DNA of 61,629 bases, filler included, from Sphacelaria rigidula (taxonomy: Eukaryota): assembly GCA_964200075.2 (NCBI GenBank). It is 6 parts of 6 records of this genome, joined end to end, with 100 filler letters (N's around TTAATTAATTAA, not from the genome) between each part and the next. Parts side by side here need not be neighbours in the genome. Positions count along the whole stretch, not along the records: positions 30,867 to 41,054 come from CAXNAA020006968.1; positions 41,155 to 51,342 come from CAXNAA020006969.1; 4 more parts are not named here. The stretch is one strand, 5' to 3'. Shown piece by piece: positions 36,191-48,689 of the stretch. A model generated the notes under the pieces. That model saw nothing but the letters and a program-made list of their open reading frames with translations. It did not search any database and was not told the origin of the DNA. Each line of letters opens with the position of its first letter. Positions within the stretch are counted from its first letter, which is position 1. The translations under genes were made by a program, and so were the position numbers.

Positions 36191-36429
36191 GTCGGGGGGA
36201 ACAGAGCATATGCCGAGGCGATCACGCGGAGCTATCGAGGCCAGAAATCCGATACGTTGGTGTCTTGAGGCTTGCGTCTCCGTGCTTGCACTTCTTTTTT
36301 TTCTCATCACTATACCTGATAGGATTCTTGCGTTGTCCCGGGAAACTTTCATGAAAAAAATATATCCCGACTTTTGTCAAACGGTCTTAGTCTATACGAC
36401 TCCCGAGGCGAGTAGTTTTTTTTTTTTTT

Positions 36430-36620
36430 GCTTGACTGATTGTCGCACTTTCACTGCCCCCTCAGGGATTCAGATGTGGTCACATGATAGACGTACCCAA
36501 GACAACAAAAAAACTGAAACAGTCGCTGCAGGAAACAATCACAGAAAAAGTAGAACAAAACAACATAGACTAAGACATGAAAAAACAAGAAAAAACAAGA
36601 AGAAAAAAGAAAATGACCGG
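36430..36620 (-). mobile_element. RTE-like LINE 3'-end fragment
   Basis: GATTGTCGCACTT...CATGATAGACGTAC.CAAG and TAGACTAAGAC match 2757-2905. Confidence 0.75.
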
Positions 36621-36899
36621 TCTCTGCCACATGGTTTCGGCGTACAAGGTGTTACGCAGAACCACATTCGTACCCAGTCGTGAGCAACAAAAGGCCGAAA
36701 AAGAAGCGAGGTACCACACTACCCTGCCATACGCCGGCAAGAAAGAACACATAAATAAAAAGTCTCAATTCCGCGATTCATCGTTCGACAAACCCATTGG
36801 GTACTGCGCCCGTCCCAGTACTGTTGTGGTTATGGACGGCACGTGGTAGGGTGTGTGCAATGCGTTTCAGCTGTAAGGCATTGCGCCTTTGCATAAGCA

Positions 36900-37815
36900 T
36901 CAATAGCCCAAACTCGGCCGGAACCCTATACGGTAGTAGCGGCCCGCTCACAAAAAACGAGGTTGCAAGATAATCAAGCTCAAATTCCCCCGCTTCCTCG
37001 CGAACAATAAGTGTCCAGCCTCATCGACTAGCGCTATACACCAAGCCCAATGCAGTAGGCCTTTTACATGAGGTAAGAAAGTCTGGCTGAGCCTGATTTT
37101 CAGTTTCTCATGAGCGGGCGGCTGATGTATTGTTTGGATGCACGTTCGGATGCGGAGTAATGCTCGTGTGAACATCTGCGAATATCGCCACGCTAAGCTC
37201 AATTCTTCGAGTTTGGACCTAAAATTGACATTTTGAGCCGTGATTTGGAAGGTAACCGCCGACACACATTGCGAGAGCCCCTGAATTTCTTTTTCGTCAC
37301 CGAGATGTGTGACCAAATAGATGGGTTTCAGCCCGTCTAAAATTTGTTGGTAGTGTCTTGGCGAAAAAAGGGTTCATAGGTTCTCGGTACGTGGATGTGT
37401 CGGCATGTACCTTGCAAACCATGCACCAGATCGCCATGCCCCAACTCGAAAAATTGAAAGATTGACCCAAGCGTAGCGATTTTGGCAAGAACTCGAGCGC
37501 CTGGCCAGTCTGGCCTGCAGCATACGACGAGGACATGCAACAGTACGTGTCTTTACTCTCGTGCCTGTCAGGATTTGTGGCCTTCAAGCTGGCCCATGAA
37601 AATGCGGAACGACAAATATCGGGCGGGTCAATAATACGTGAACATCGGGAAGAGCTCGTCAACACCTTCATCGCCCACGCGCCAGCAGGCGCATGTTCCT
37701 TTTTCTAGTCCCCACCACGGGTTCCGAATCGTTGTTTTGGCGGAAGAGACAAACGCTTTCCATGTGAACATGTAAAAGAGGGAGTCGGGGTCCGCTCGGT
37801 AACCGTCGATCACAC
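36900..37815 (-). mobile_element. Possible decayed DNA transposase (hAT-like)
   Basis: Frameshifted fragments AIWCMVCK...TNFRR..THLFGH (zinc-finger-like) then ...WCIALVDEAG (first catalytic Asp context). No TIRs found; resemblance judged by eye only. Confidence 0.35.
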
Positions 37816-39337
37816 GGCTCGTGCCCTCTCCTGGCTATGTTTGCACGTTATCAGTAGCTGCTCCGCAAACGCGGATGCCTCTTCGCTGTTGTAAGCGTTC
37901 ACGGGAACGCTACAGCGCGATACGACGGCGTGCTGGGCGAAGCCATGCTAATCACTTTACAGTGAGCGTCGCACAAAAACAAGCCAGGCTGCAACTTAGC
38001 TGCTCAATCACATTGCGGCTGCTGCGATCCTAATGCTCAGAAAATAAACCACAATATATCGTTTTAGCGCGCGAGAGCCCTCCTATGGTCTTCCCTGCCT
38101 ACACTATAGCCATCCCCCACGGGACTGTCACAGGCTGCAGCAGGCCGCGAGCGCTCAAACGGTTAGACCTGAGCGTGCCTGTAGTTTCGACACTTGAATC
38201 TCGCGGTCACACTGAACGCTGTGCCGATTGAGCAGATGGATACACCTGGGCGGTCACAGGGTGATTGAATTTCGCGTCATCATTACTGTTCCCATTCATC
38301 TTGCCGATAATTTTCGGCCAACGAGATATATTTTGAGAGTGACGGGCTCCTTCTTTTCGATAAGTGATTATTGTTCATCCAGAGGGGTGTTATCCATCGT
38401 CACCTACCGTCATGTACTGTCGTGGCAGATCATGACTCGGTCGATTCAGTGATCCACGAATCCATTACTCCCCGGAGAGATTTGCTTCGACCATTGCGGA
38501 ACTCACACCACAGCGGCGGACTGCATTCACTTGATTATATATATTTCTCACCGGGGCGCTGTGCATTGAGGAAAACCTTGAATCCGACACGACAGGGAAA
38601 GATGCCTGATCCTTCGCTCCTGCTGCGCTGTCTCCATTGCCTTGCCTGTCCCTAGCCACTCGACCCCCAGGATTGTTTTCGCCAAGCGACTGCTGTCTTC
38701 CCCTACTCTTTTTCTTACCCCGTCTACCACCCTTCTTCCCATCATCATCCACCATGCTTGCTGTTGGTCAAGCCAGCCTAAACTTGTAGAGCGAGAAGGT
38801 CTTTCGTTCGTTCGGGTGCCTGCGTCCTGTTTGCTGCTCGCAGAACACGAGCGCTGCGACCATGCGGCACTCAACAGCACGGTGGAGGGCAGTTGCTGGC
38901 GCCGAACTTTTGGTGTCAGGTCTTTCACTTCTTCAGTTGTAAACTTCAATGGGTGGGGATAGATAAAAAGGTAAGGATGATAGATCCTTACAGTCGAGGA
39001 GTAAGGGTAGGGTGGGCTTCGAGGTACCCTGGTACCATACTGTGTAACAGTGCTCTGATCTGACTGTTGTGCGGGCAAAGCTCAGCACCGCGGCACATCG
39101 TACGGCGGATCGAAAGTGGATCTACGGAGATTCCGTTCGCAATACGCTGGTCATACTACAACGATACTAAGGCTGACAGACCGTTTGATCTCAGTCGGAT
39201 AACCTGGCTGTGTCTTCCGTGCTTCTCACGCTGGGCACACCTCAACGCGCCACGACAGAGAAAGGAGAAAATTTTAACTAGAAGGTGCCGCTTGCAACAG
39301 AAGAAAAAATAGTGGGGACAGCAGAGATTTTTAAACA

Positions 39338-39544
39338 ATGTTTAAGCCTGGAGGGTGGTTTGCTCCATCTACGAGCAAAACACCGGGGCAGGCAGCCCTC
39401 GAGCAAATGGGCGGCCTCGGCGGCGGCGGAGAAGATAGCAGCGGCAAGGGCAAGGACGAGAAGTCCAAGAAGGATGATGACAAGGGGTACTCGGGATCGG
39501 GATTCGATCCTCGGGGTTTGGAGCGTGCTGCAAAGGCGGCGAAG
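39338..39544 (+). CDS. ATAD3: First coding exon of ATPase family AAA domain-containing protein 3 (mitochondrial)
   Basis: MFKPGGW...GSGFDPRGLERAAKAAK matches the conserved ATAD3 N-terminal FDPxGLERAAKAAR/K motif; donor AAG|gtgcgc. No further exon recognised before the contig end. Confidence 0.9.
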
Positions 39545-41054
39545 GTGCGCCCGCCGGTGTCCTGGTTGGATAGATTGGTGTGTGTCTGCTTGCGTTCTGT
39601 GGACCGCATGTTGCTTGTGCAGTGGATCGTGCAAGTACGCGAGGTTCGTTTTCGGAACGGCGCAAATCAAGTGCCCGTTGCGAGGGTAGCTTCTGGGGGG
39701 AGGGGGGAAATTGCAACGTTGCGGGATGGAGAGTTTCATCTTTGCGTCGGTGCATCTCAATACTTTCGAAGGCAGCCGTAGAAAAGACCGCAAAGGACTA
39801 TTATTTACAGTACAATCAGCCAGTTACAACTTTTGAGTCTACAGTACAGACAGTAGATATGACACGACACTCAGCGGTTACCGACACCCACGAAGAACGC
39901 ATATGCGCGGAATCTATTTAGCAGTTACGATGAACCCGTCAAGCCGCCCAAACGTGGTCTGAAACTGCAATTACTTCCCCCCCGTCATGTATTGCACGGC
40001 GCATATTTCCAGCACTATTCCACCTGGAATCTAGTACGAGTACAGTATAGGCGGAAAACCAACGCCATGGAATCTAGTACGTCGTCGTGGTTACACTCGA
40101 ATCGTGTGCCGTGTGTCAGTTTTGCTGCAGCTGAAATCTACAGAAGACCTAATGCCTGCATACGGGCGAAGGGAGGGGGTGTTGTTCCCCGTATCGCATC
40201 AAAACACCTGAAACAACCGACGTCGTCAAATCTACGACACGGCGTAATTTCACTCTAATTGATTGATGTGTGTCAGCTGTGCTGCAGCTCATATCCATGA
40301 AACGTGTGATACTTACACAGGGCAAAGAGAGGGGGTGTTATTCTCCGTATCGTGTCGAAACATCCCCCCATTTTCTGTCTGTACTGTACTCTGCTGTAAC
40401 GTAGTTGCTAGAGATCCACAGCGTTACACACGCCAAGATGCGAAACGGGCACCCACCGTGGAATACACTCGATATCATTATACGGACCACTCGCCCGGAT
40501 TATCGTTGGGTCGCGGTTTCAATACAACATCGTAACAGTAATGACTTAGTAGAGTTCCCTAGAGTTCAAGCTGGAGAATGTGTAGCGGTACGTTTTTCAT
40601 CACCAGGAGAATGTATGGCACCCCAGCGGTGATGGATTGCCGACGGTTTTTGACAAAATGCCGTCATCCACAGTGCATTGTGCAAGCCATGTTGCGTAAG
40701 ATACCACCCCCGTCTAAGTATCACTTGATGAGGGATGGGCTTTGAAGACGGAAAAATTCACCACCTGGGGTTGTCATACCGCTTCGTTTCTATAACGTAG
40801 GGGAAGAAGCTGTGAAGTAGCTCCCGTCTATGTAACGGGCACGCGCGTGTGCAATGTAGAAAATGGCGAAGCAGCAAACACGCTTTTCGCCACCACTTGC
40901 GTATTCCCTCTAAATCCGCGGTTTATGCCATCATCCGAAGCACTACGGAGGCGTTCCATGTTGTGTGTTTCAAGGGGCCCTACAGACTGGAAAACGGTTT
41001 ATACCCCCCCCCCCCCCCCCCCCGGGGAGTGGCGGGAATAGGGAAAAAGAAAAA

Positions 41055-41154
41055 NNNNNNNNNNNNNNNNNNNNNNNNNNNNNNNNNNNNNNNNNNNNTT
41101 AATTAATTAANNNNNNNNNNNNNNNNNNNNNNNNNNNNNNNNNNNNNNNNNNNN
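41055..41154. other. Artificial 100-bp contig spacer
   Basis: N44-TTAATTAATTAA-N44. Confidence 0.99.
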
Positions 41155-41534
41155 GATACTTTTGTCCCCATCACCTTGCCACACAGCCCTTTTTGGTCGG
41201 GGTGGGCCGCCATCTCCCCCCTTGTTGCAAGGGCATCAGCGTTGCGGCGCGCATGCATACAACAGTATAGTGCAGTATAGTATAGTAGGCCTCTCCGACG
41301 TAAGCAGCAGCTGCCGCTGCATACTCCCTTGCACGTTTTCGGCAATTCTTAGCAACCGAAATCAGCTGCCTATTGACAGCTTTATCATCCCCGTCCACTA
41401 CATACATTTCGACTGCACAGTGCAAGTCATCGGCAGAGGGATACGCAGAATTCATTACGGCAGCTCTTTTTGTCTTTCCACAGCCCACCTGGATTTTGTG
41501 CCTCGTGAAAATGATCACATGGTGGCATTTATAA

Positions 41535-41903
41535 CCCTTCCCGGTTTTTTCCGGTCCACCCTGTGTTGGTGTAAATTTCTACGTTTTAGTACAGAATTGG
41601 GACCCAAAGATCACTCCTGGAAAACTCGGGAACGGTATACTGAGATCAAGTAATACCATAAAACCAAGCTGCGACCACCCTGCACTTGAAAACCTGTGGA
41701 GGCTCATCTGGGCCAGGCATAGGGCCCCCAACGATCTTTGCAGTGGAACTACACTCGACAACAACCCCCGCGCTGATCGCTCGGGTCTGGTCGATAAATT
41801 TCGCCTCGGCGGGATTGGGCAGGTCGCTCGAGGACATATTTTTTTATTATTTCACGAACACAGGGTCAACCCTGTGTTGGTGGGGTGTCCGGTCCCAAAA
41901 GGG
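41535..41903. mobile_element. Possible piggyBac-type non-autonomous element
   Basis: ATAA|CCCTT ... AAGGG|TTAA ends; internal direct repeat ACCCTGTGTTGGTG near both ends; TIR match is short. Confidence 0.35.
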
Positions 41904-42397
41904 TTAATCCAAGGGAAATCGTATCAAATGGGCAAAGTCGGTCCATGTTTTACACACGTCGGACAGATGATGACCCGTCTGGAGATTACCCGTCAGTATA
42001 CCGATTCCAATCATGATCCGGATCCTTTGGCCTCCCTTTTCTATGTTCGCTCCTTACAGCCCCTGACGCTGAGCACGCGGAATGGTGCGAAGGTTGCGCT
42101 TTGGCTTTTCTGACTCCGTGGTGACATATTTTGTGTTTTTGTACCAACGGACTCGAGAGCACTCTTCAATGAGTTGTTTCAGAGATCATGATTTGTCCGA
42201 CGTGTGATTATTTACAAAACAAATTGTGTGGGAAACATTTCCTCTGTATGTGTGTGTATCTTTGATTACACTACCTACAGCATCCCAAATGCCAGCGTTA
42301 GAGTGCTGCGATCTCCCCATAATAACCCAGAAAAGCGAAGGAGATGTATATCAAATGTCATTTCAGTCGATAAACTGACTTTTTATCCATTGAAGTT

Positions 42398-42765
42398 TGG
42401 TTGTGTGTTGTTGTGTGTTGTCATCCCATTCATTCTGGACGGTGGTCTACACCTTTCGGTATATGTGGGCGCACCAGCTGGGGTCACTCAAGAGGAAGGC
42501 CAACACGTAAGTTTTTTCTCTGTTTTTTTTTTATAGTAGTTCAACCACCTTCCTTCTGCGGTGCTGGCCTTTTTTTTTTCATCGCGAGAGGGGTTCCGCA
42601 GTCCCTTTCCCTTGTCGACCGTTAAGTCGAGTTCGTATACCCATGGCGTAGTCGCTTTCCAATGTTGGGCATGTGTGAGAAAAAATCCGAGATCGCTCCG
42701 AGATTCAAACTCACGACCCAACCGTCAGGAGGTTTCGAGGTTACCAACGGAGCCACCGGAGCAGC
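42398..42765 (-). mobile_element. tRNA-derived SINE, family B (apparently full length)
   Basis: Minus-strand head CCGGTGGCTCCGTTGG (A box)...GAGTTTGAATCTC (B box); CAACA/CACA-rich tail at 42398-42420; body repeated at 24275-24540. Confidence 0.75.
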
Positions 42766-43060
42766 CGGCTGTTGAGTGGTCGCTAGATTTTCAGCTCGTT
42801 CGTTCTGAAAAGGTTTTCGGGGACAATTGATATTATGCTCGGGAATTTCTATTCGATATCTATGCGCCCTTCATTTCAGTTTTTTGCATCTTGGAAGGTC
42901 GGAAGCGATCTGTAACAACTAGGCAATCTCCCCCCCCTCCCCGATCACCTATGTGATTGGAGTGATGAAGTTATATTGTTGCCGCGCTCTGGTGGTTCAG
43001 ATGGTACATGCAGATGCTTCAGGCTAGGGAGGAGGGGGAATGGTTCGGATCGAGGCACTA

Positions 43061-45110
43061 CTGTTATGGGCGCGCCTGACCCCCCAAAATGGTCAAAAAA
43101 AGGGTCACCGACCAGTATCACGAACAGACACGAACAGACCGACTTCTGGGGCTTATCCAGGCTCGTGGAGTAAAATGCGCCGTACATCATCGGAAGAGAA
43201 CGGCATGGATCCAAAATTCATATCGAGAAAAAGTGGACTGCCGTCTAAAACCAGAACCCTACCGTTATTTCCGTTGTTCCTCATATATTGCATGCCACTG
43301 CGTCACCTTTCGTCCACGCTTGCGATTCGCCACTGCGTCACCCTGGTATGCAAGGAACCAACCGAACGCACACCGAGAACACTCGGGCAAGGGCGGTACA
43401 TCCATTCCCTGAAAAAAGTGAGGCCTTGGCAGCCCCCAAATCGGCTTCCGTGGCGCAGATTTCAACGAAAACGCGTTGTGCGCACCCGAGGAGTACACGG
43501 GACCGTCAGCGCTACTCAAATTTTGATTCTCGTTGTGAACACTCAAATCAAGTGATATCAATCATGAACATTTGTAGCCCAACGCCGGTAAATGAAACCA
43601 GGAAGCTGAACCATTTTTGGGCGGATCAAAGTTGGGTCAACATGATGTGCTCAACATGCGACAAAGTCATATGTACTGATGAACTTTAACGAGGACGGCC
43701 CTTACACAGACGAGTGGAGTACAAATAGTCACCGGGTGTGTAATGTGGGCTGGGCGGGTGTTGGTCCACCACCTCGTCATGGTTTGAGGAGCTTGACTTC
43801 TCGGCTGCCATGATTCCACAACTTTTGTCGGACGAATGACTCGCGTTTTAAAGTGTATTTGTTGTTCCGTGGGCATGGCTTTTCATTTGATGAATATGAT
43901 ATGATTCAGCTCTTGAACCGCGACGGTTTGGTCACATGCTGAATCGGCATCACTTTCCACTTGAAGTAAGTATGCATGGTCCAGATGGACTACCCTCGCG
44001 GTCTAGGGGTTCATCGGACTCTAAAGGTGTTGTTTTGCAAGATGGAATGAAAGCAAATGGTCGTCCGTCACCCACCATTGCCGATACAACATATGCGTGT
44101 CTTAGGATGAGTGGATCCGCTGAAAGACATGATCGGGGCTTCGGTGCCATGTGGCTTGAGCGAAAGTGGGCCATCGACTTCGTGTCGTCTTGGCGCAGTA
44201 TACTTCTCCATTTGAGAGCATGAGTCAATCAATCTTGATCTTGGTGTGAAAACCGAAATCCGGATCTTTCATGGAGGCTGTGCTCCTAGCATTACACTAG
44301 CGTCCCTGAACGCGTTCTTGTCTAAATCGGCGCCTCGGGCGCCGATTCGAGATCTGGCAACGCACCCTTCGCCTACGAAACACGCTGCACCCGCCTTTTC
44401 CGATGGTTCTCGGTATGCCTTCGTTAGGGCCAGTGTTATAATTTGTTCTCTCCGCTGCTGCGAGATCGCGAAGATGATTCTTGCTTCTGTGGGCTCGGTC
44501 GAAGGTTCGAATTCTCCAAGATTCCACAAATCCGATATATCAACCATCTGCACTATCACGAGTCATTCATGGTTGTCATCTATTCCAAGGCCGTTACACG
44601 GGGGTGAGGTTTCCGCGCTTTGTCGAGACCGGCGAGGGTTAGGGGTGCGTGTTTGCCGATTACAGCCCAATCTGTCTCATAGAGTACTCATCGCCACGGC
44701 CATCGATTGGGATGCAAGTTTTGCATCCTCTGCGCCAAGACGACAGCTACGAGTGTACCGGTTGAATTTGTTTTTTCATCAGGATGCGAGTTTTATAACG
44801 AATTATGTGAAGAAAAAACATAGTTTTTTGCGATTTTCTCGATCACTGTGACGTCTTGGGTAAAAACAACCTGTAAAATTGTAGCCAGGACAAATACACG
44901 GCGGTGAGTAGCCGAGCCACGCCGTGGTTCGTCCTCCGGAACAAGAAAACTCACGAAGCGCGGAATGGAAACCCTACTCAAATCACGAGTACTTTGAGGG
45001 ATTTTGCGGCGTGCATAGTCAGAGGATGAACGTCATCTCCAGTCTGTTCGTGCTTTTGGTCGGTGACACTTTTTGGGCTCATTTTGGGGAGTCAGGCGCG
45101 CCAATAACTG
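43061..45110. mobile_element. 2.05-kb TIR element, Tc1/mariner-like ends, no intact transposase
   Basis: ~69-bp imperfect TIRs: CTGTTATGGGCGCGCCTGACCCCCCAAAATG...CACGAACAGAC at 43061-43129 versus the reverse complement of 45042-45110; TA on the left, TC on the right. Confidence 0.75.
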
Positions 45111-45834
45111 TCGATGCGGTAATTTCCGAAGGAGCTTCTGATACCTGTCCAATGGTGGGACGAAGAAGGTCATGATTCTCATTTTCAATTCGACTGTTGT
45201 TTCGTTTACGAGTTTGGTTTTTACATTTTACATGTTCGTGATTCGAGCGACACACTGCGTTGAAAACATGATGACAAACTGCCCGTCTTTGGTCAAACAT
45301 ATGCATCCTACCTTTTGCCCACAACCACTGACCAAACAGTTTTTCCTTCCCCTGGAGTTTGTGCGGCATGAATCAAATGCACGATTCCCCGCCCATTTCG
45401 TTTGACAGAACCCTCCATTTTGGTGCATATTCCGCAACTGCGGTTTGTCAGACACGACTTTTTGGTTCATTTTCATCCTAATTCGTGCGGTACGACTGTC
45501 GTGCATTGTGATGAACATGAGTTGTGGCACATAGCATGCATGTCAAATGTCATTAATATATTTGTAGTTGTCTGCAAGGGACGGGCGTTCTCGATTGCCC
45601 TTGACGAGTGGATAAGCTTAACCTTCTACGGCAAGACCCTTCTACGGTAAGAGTAGGGCATGTGTTGAGTCGGCATCGTGTTGACTTGATAAGAGAATGA
45701 AAGACCCACGTGACCCACACTTGCTGGCACGTGTTGACCATTCGGTGACACATATTTTCGGTGGGAAATGATACCGATTCGATGACCTGTCCCGGCAGCC
45801 AGAGGGTCGAGACGCAATATCAGAGAACGTCATT

Positions 45835-45935
45835 CCATTTATTCATCCATTCACGTGTCGCACTTTGAACCCCTCCCCTTCCTCGAGACGAGCTCGTGGT
45901 CTCAAGGGACCAACCCATGTCTACCCCGGTACCCA
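45835..45935 (-). mobile_element. SINE family A 3' fragment with (GAAT)-like tail
   Basis: TGTCGCACTTTGAACCCCTCCCCTTCCTCG identical to ~55194-55223. Confidence 0.75.
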
Positions 45936-47544
45936 TTAATACGTGGATTAAGTGCTTGATTTTTTGCACGAATAATATCGACTAGTTCATACAAAGGAGA
46001 TTATTTCTCGGTTCCCACCAGTCAGGGTTTTATCTTTTCAATAATATGAAGGCGGTGTTTCCGGAGATTAGGCACCCCAACACAGTACACCAGGCGTCTG
46101 ATGATACTGACACTTGACGTATGTGTGGACTGAAGCCGCAGGTGACTGTTGACGCAACAGATTCGGCGACCCAAGGCGTTTCATGCGCTGCGTGGCTTGA
46201 AATAATGATCATGGACGATGCTGCAGTGATTCCGAAAACAAAAACACTTTCTGATGACAAATTTAGAGGGTAGACGATACGAAATCCGCGGCGAGGCAGG
46301 AGTAGATCTTGCCATCCTTGTTGTTTACGTCGCCCCGCTGTTGGTCAAGGCTGGCACCAAGGCCGTAGTTAAGGTTCTACATACGTTAGAGGCAGATGCC
46401 GCTGAGTTTTATACGCCGCGACGAGCAAGACGCGGCCGCACAACACAGACAAGGAGATGAGTGTCTTCTGTCGAGGACCACTGCGGACCTGCTCGGGTAG
46501 GGGGCAACGTCTCCTCCTCCCACAGTGCCAGACGTGGCGTAGGCATTACCACGACGGTCTGAAAATGACAGGGGCAATTGCTGTAGTATTCTTCTACCAG
46601 AATCAATCAGATATTCTTCTGTGGTGTGCTCCCACGTGAAGATATATACCTTTCTCTGGCAGGTGCGTGATCACCCTTAGGCAGAGTTTTCACTTGGCTA
46701 CTTTTTGTCAGACAGTCTGGGTACGAGCTAGGCCGGCCTCGAAAGTGAAATTCCATTCACCACACATATCTCAAGAACCGCGGCACTTTGCAAAGTGAAC
46801 GTATCCATTTGATCGGTATATGGCCATGCGTGTGGTTCGACTACTCTTAGTTTACTTCATGGTGTTGATACAAGGGAAAACGTGTTGCCCCAAAATATAC
46901 TCTAACCCTAACCCTAACCCATGTGTATAAATGGAGGCCGTTTTTGTGTACTAAACGCTGCTGCTCGTGTTGTTGTTGGGCCCCTCTTGTTGCGATATGT
47001 TGTGCCAATATTTCAACGTGGTTATTTCTAATGTGCGGAAATCAGATTAATAATAATAAATCTCGGCAACGAAGCGGAGAATTGGACTGCGGCTCGTTGC
47101 CTGCGCTTTCCACACACCCAATCTAGGTTGCGTCGTCACGATTGCGTTCGCGCGTGATACTAAGCCGCACCAGACTAAAATGTACACGAAACGGATTTTT
47201 TCAGTTTTTGGGGCTCTTCGGGTCCGCTGTACCGAATTGAGCAAAGAGGTAACGGCTTGACCTACCTAGCTGTTGTGTGTATGCGGGGGACTCTGCAGTG
47301 CCGCGGGCCGGCTCGCTTCCCGTGTCGAGAAACTCGCGATAAAAAGTGCTATAGCTGTCGCATACTCAACCAAGTTGATGAGGGATTAAGCGTATGTTCT
47401 TTTCGTGTTCTGCTCGGCAGAGGTGCGACCATCTGATGACGTGTTCATAATTCCTCCGCGTTTTGTTATATTATTTTCGGAGAAGGTTTGTTGGGTCTTG
47501 AGGGCCTCCCTTCACACCCACAACGATCTCGAGTACAGAGCTCA

Positions 47545-47712
47545 ATGGTGGCCTGATGGTCAGACCGTTACCGTCAGGGTGCAGAGAACAAGGGTTTGGT
47601 TTCGGTCAATCACGTTTTTTTCCCTTCTGCGAAGGATATGATTTCCATCGGCATGCTATAAACATGAGTACGTGAGGAGAGATGGATAGATCCCTTGAGA
47701 CCATCAGACCGT
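47545..47712 (+). mobile_element. Degenerate, internally deleted SINE family A copy
   Basis: Head TGGTGGCCTGATGG...ACCGTCAGGGTGCAGAGAAC, then TGATTTCCA and CCCTTGAGA blocks as in 23920-24270. Confidence 0.55.
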
Positions 47713-47938
47713 AAGACCACTGACTGGTCCCAAGGAGGGGGGGGTGGGGGTTAGGGTGTGAAGAAAAGGAGAATCGTGTGCCAAAAGTGGAAAAAACAAA
47801 GGGTCTGGTGCCGTCATATACTAAGATGAGTACAGTACGTGCCTAAACATTCGCCAGGAGGCATATGCCCGCGATTCTGCCGCGTATGATCGCTATGTTG
47901 GGGCGGGGAAATATCAAAGACGGGTATCAAGTTTTGAG

Positions 47939-48318
47939 GAGGTTATCCGCTGGATCGGCGGCATCCGCGCGCGCGAGTTCCACACTCGTACCAGGTGCCC
48001 GTTGTACTTTCTGTACTACACGTAGCACTCGCTTGGCTGCTAACAGTCTCTTCGAAACAAAAGTTATTGTTGGAACGTCATCGTACATCAAAGCTGTCGT
48101 GGTACGTGGAAAAATTGCCCGTACTACCCTCTGCAGTGTACCATTTTTGTTCGCAACTCACGTAAGTATTTTGCGCTGGGTTCGGCACCAGAAAGTTCCC
48201 GACATAGTACAGTTCCGAAAAAAGGCGTGGTATCTAGACGGAGTACAGAAAGTACAAGGCACCTGGTACGAGTGTGGGACTCGTGCACGCGGATACCGCC
48301 GACCCAGCGGGTAATCTC
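47939..48318. mobile_element. Foldback/MITE (380 bp) with ~85-bp TIRs
   Basis: GAGGTTATCCGCTGGATCGGCGGCATCCGCG...CACACTCGTACCAGGTGCC...TGTACTTTCTGTACT mirrored at ~48235-48318; no TSD seen. Confidence 0.8.
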
Positions 48319-48499
48319 ACGCTGCGCATACGTCCAAGATTTTTCATTGTGCTATCATAGCTGCCATACGTGGCATAATCGCCGGCACTTCCTTCCTGCA
48401 AAATGTTCAAACACGTGCTGTACTTTATGTGGTACACTCTCTGCACACGATATTTTTTTTCTCACACTTCATCGATTCACGACTCTTCTTTTTTTTTGT

Positions 48500-48689
48500 T
48501 ACAATACACCGCTTCCCTTCCTCAAGACGAGTCCGTTGTCTTGAGGGATTGACCCATCTTTTCCTGATGTCCTCACCCTTTCGACAGTGTAATCATATTT
48601 CTGGAAGAAAGTAAAGGGCGTCTCGTGGGAATCGAACCCACATTCTCTTCACCCTCACGGTGGCAGTCTGGCCATTGCACTACCGGGGC
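48500..48689 (-). mobile_element. SINE family A copy with well-preserved Pol III boxes, internally deleted
   Basis: Minus strand GCCCCGGTAGTGCAATGG (A box)...GGTTCGATTCCC (B box); 3' block CCCTTCCTCAAGACGAGTCC. Confidence 0.7.

Noticed and set aside
10742..39544. Cluster of two AAA ATPases with a lipase as a functional system
   Set aside because: The genes sit on different, artificially joined contigs.
44269..44559. ORF as a transposase HTH domain
   Set aside because: It largely overlaps non-coding repeat module M, found elsewhere without an open frame.
46903..46920. True telomere
   Set aside because: Only about three CCCTAA units, internal to a contig.
48620..48689. tRNA genes here and at 55420-55486 and 42700-42765
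   Set aside because: A/B boxes are present but I could not build a proper cloverleaf, and each head is attached to a repeated body: these are SINE heads.
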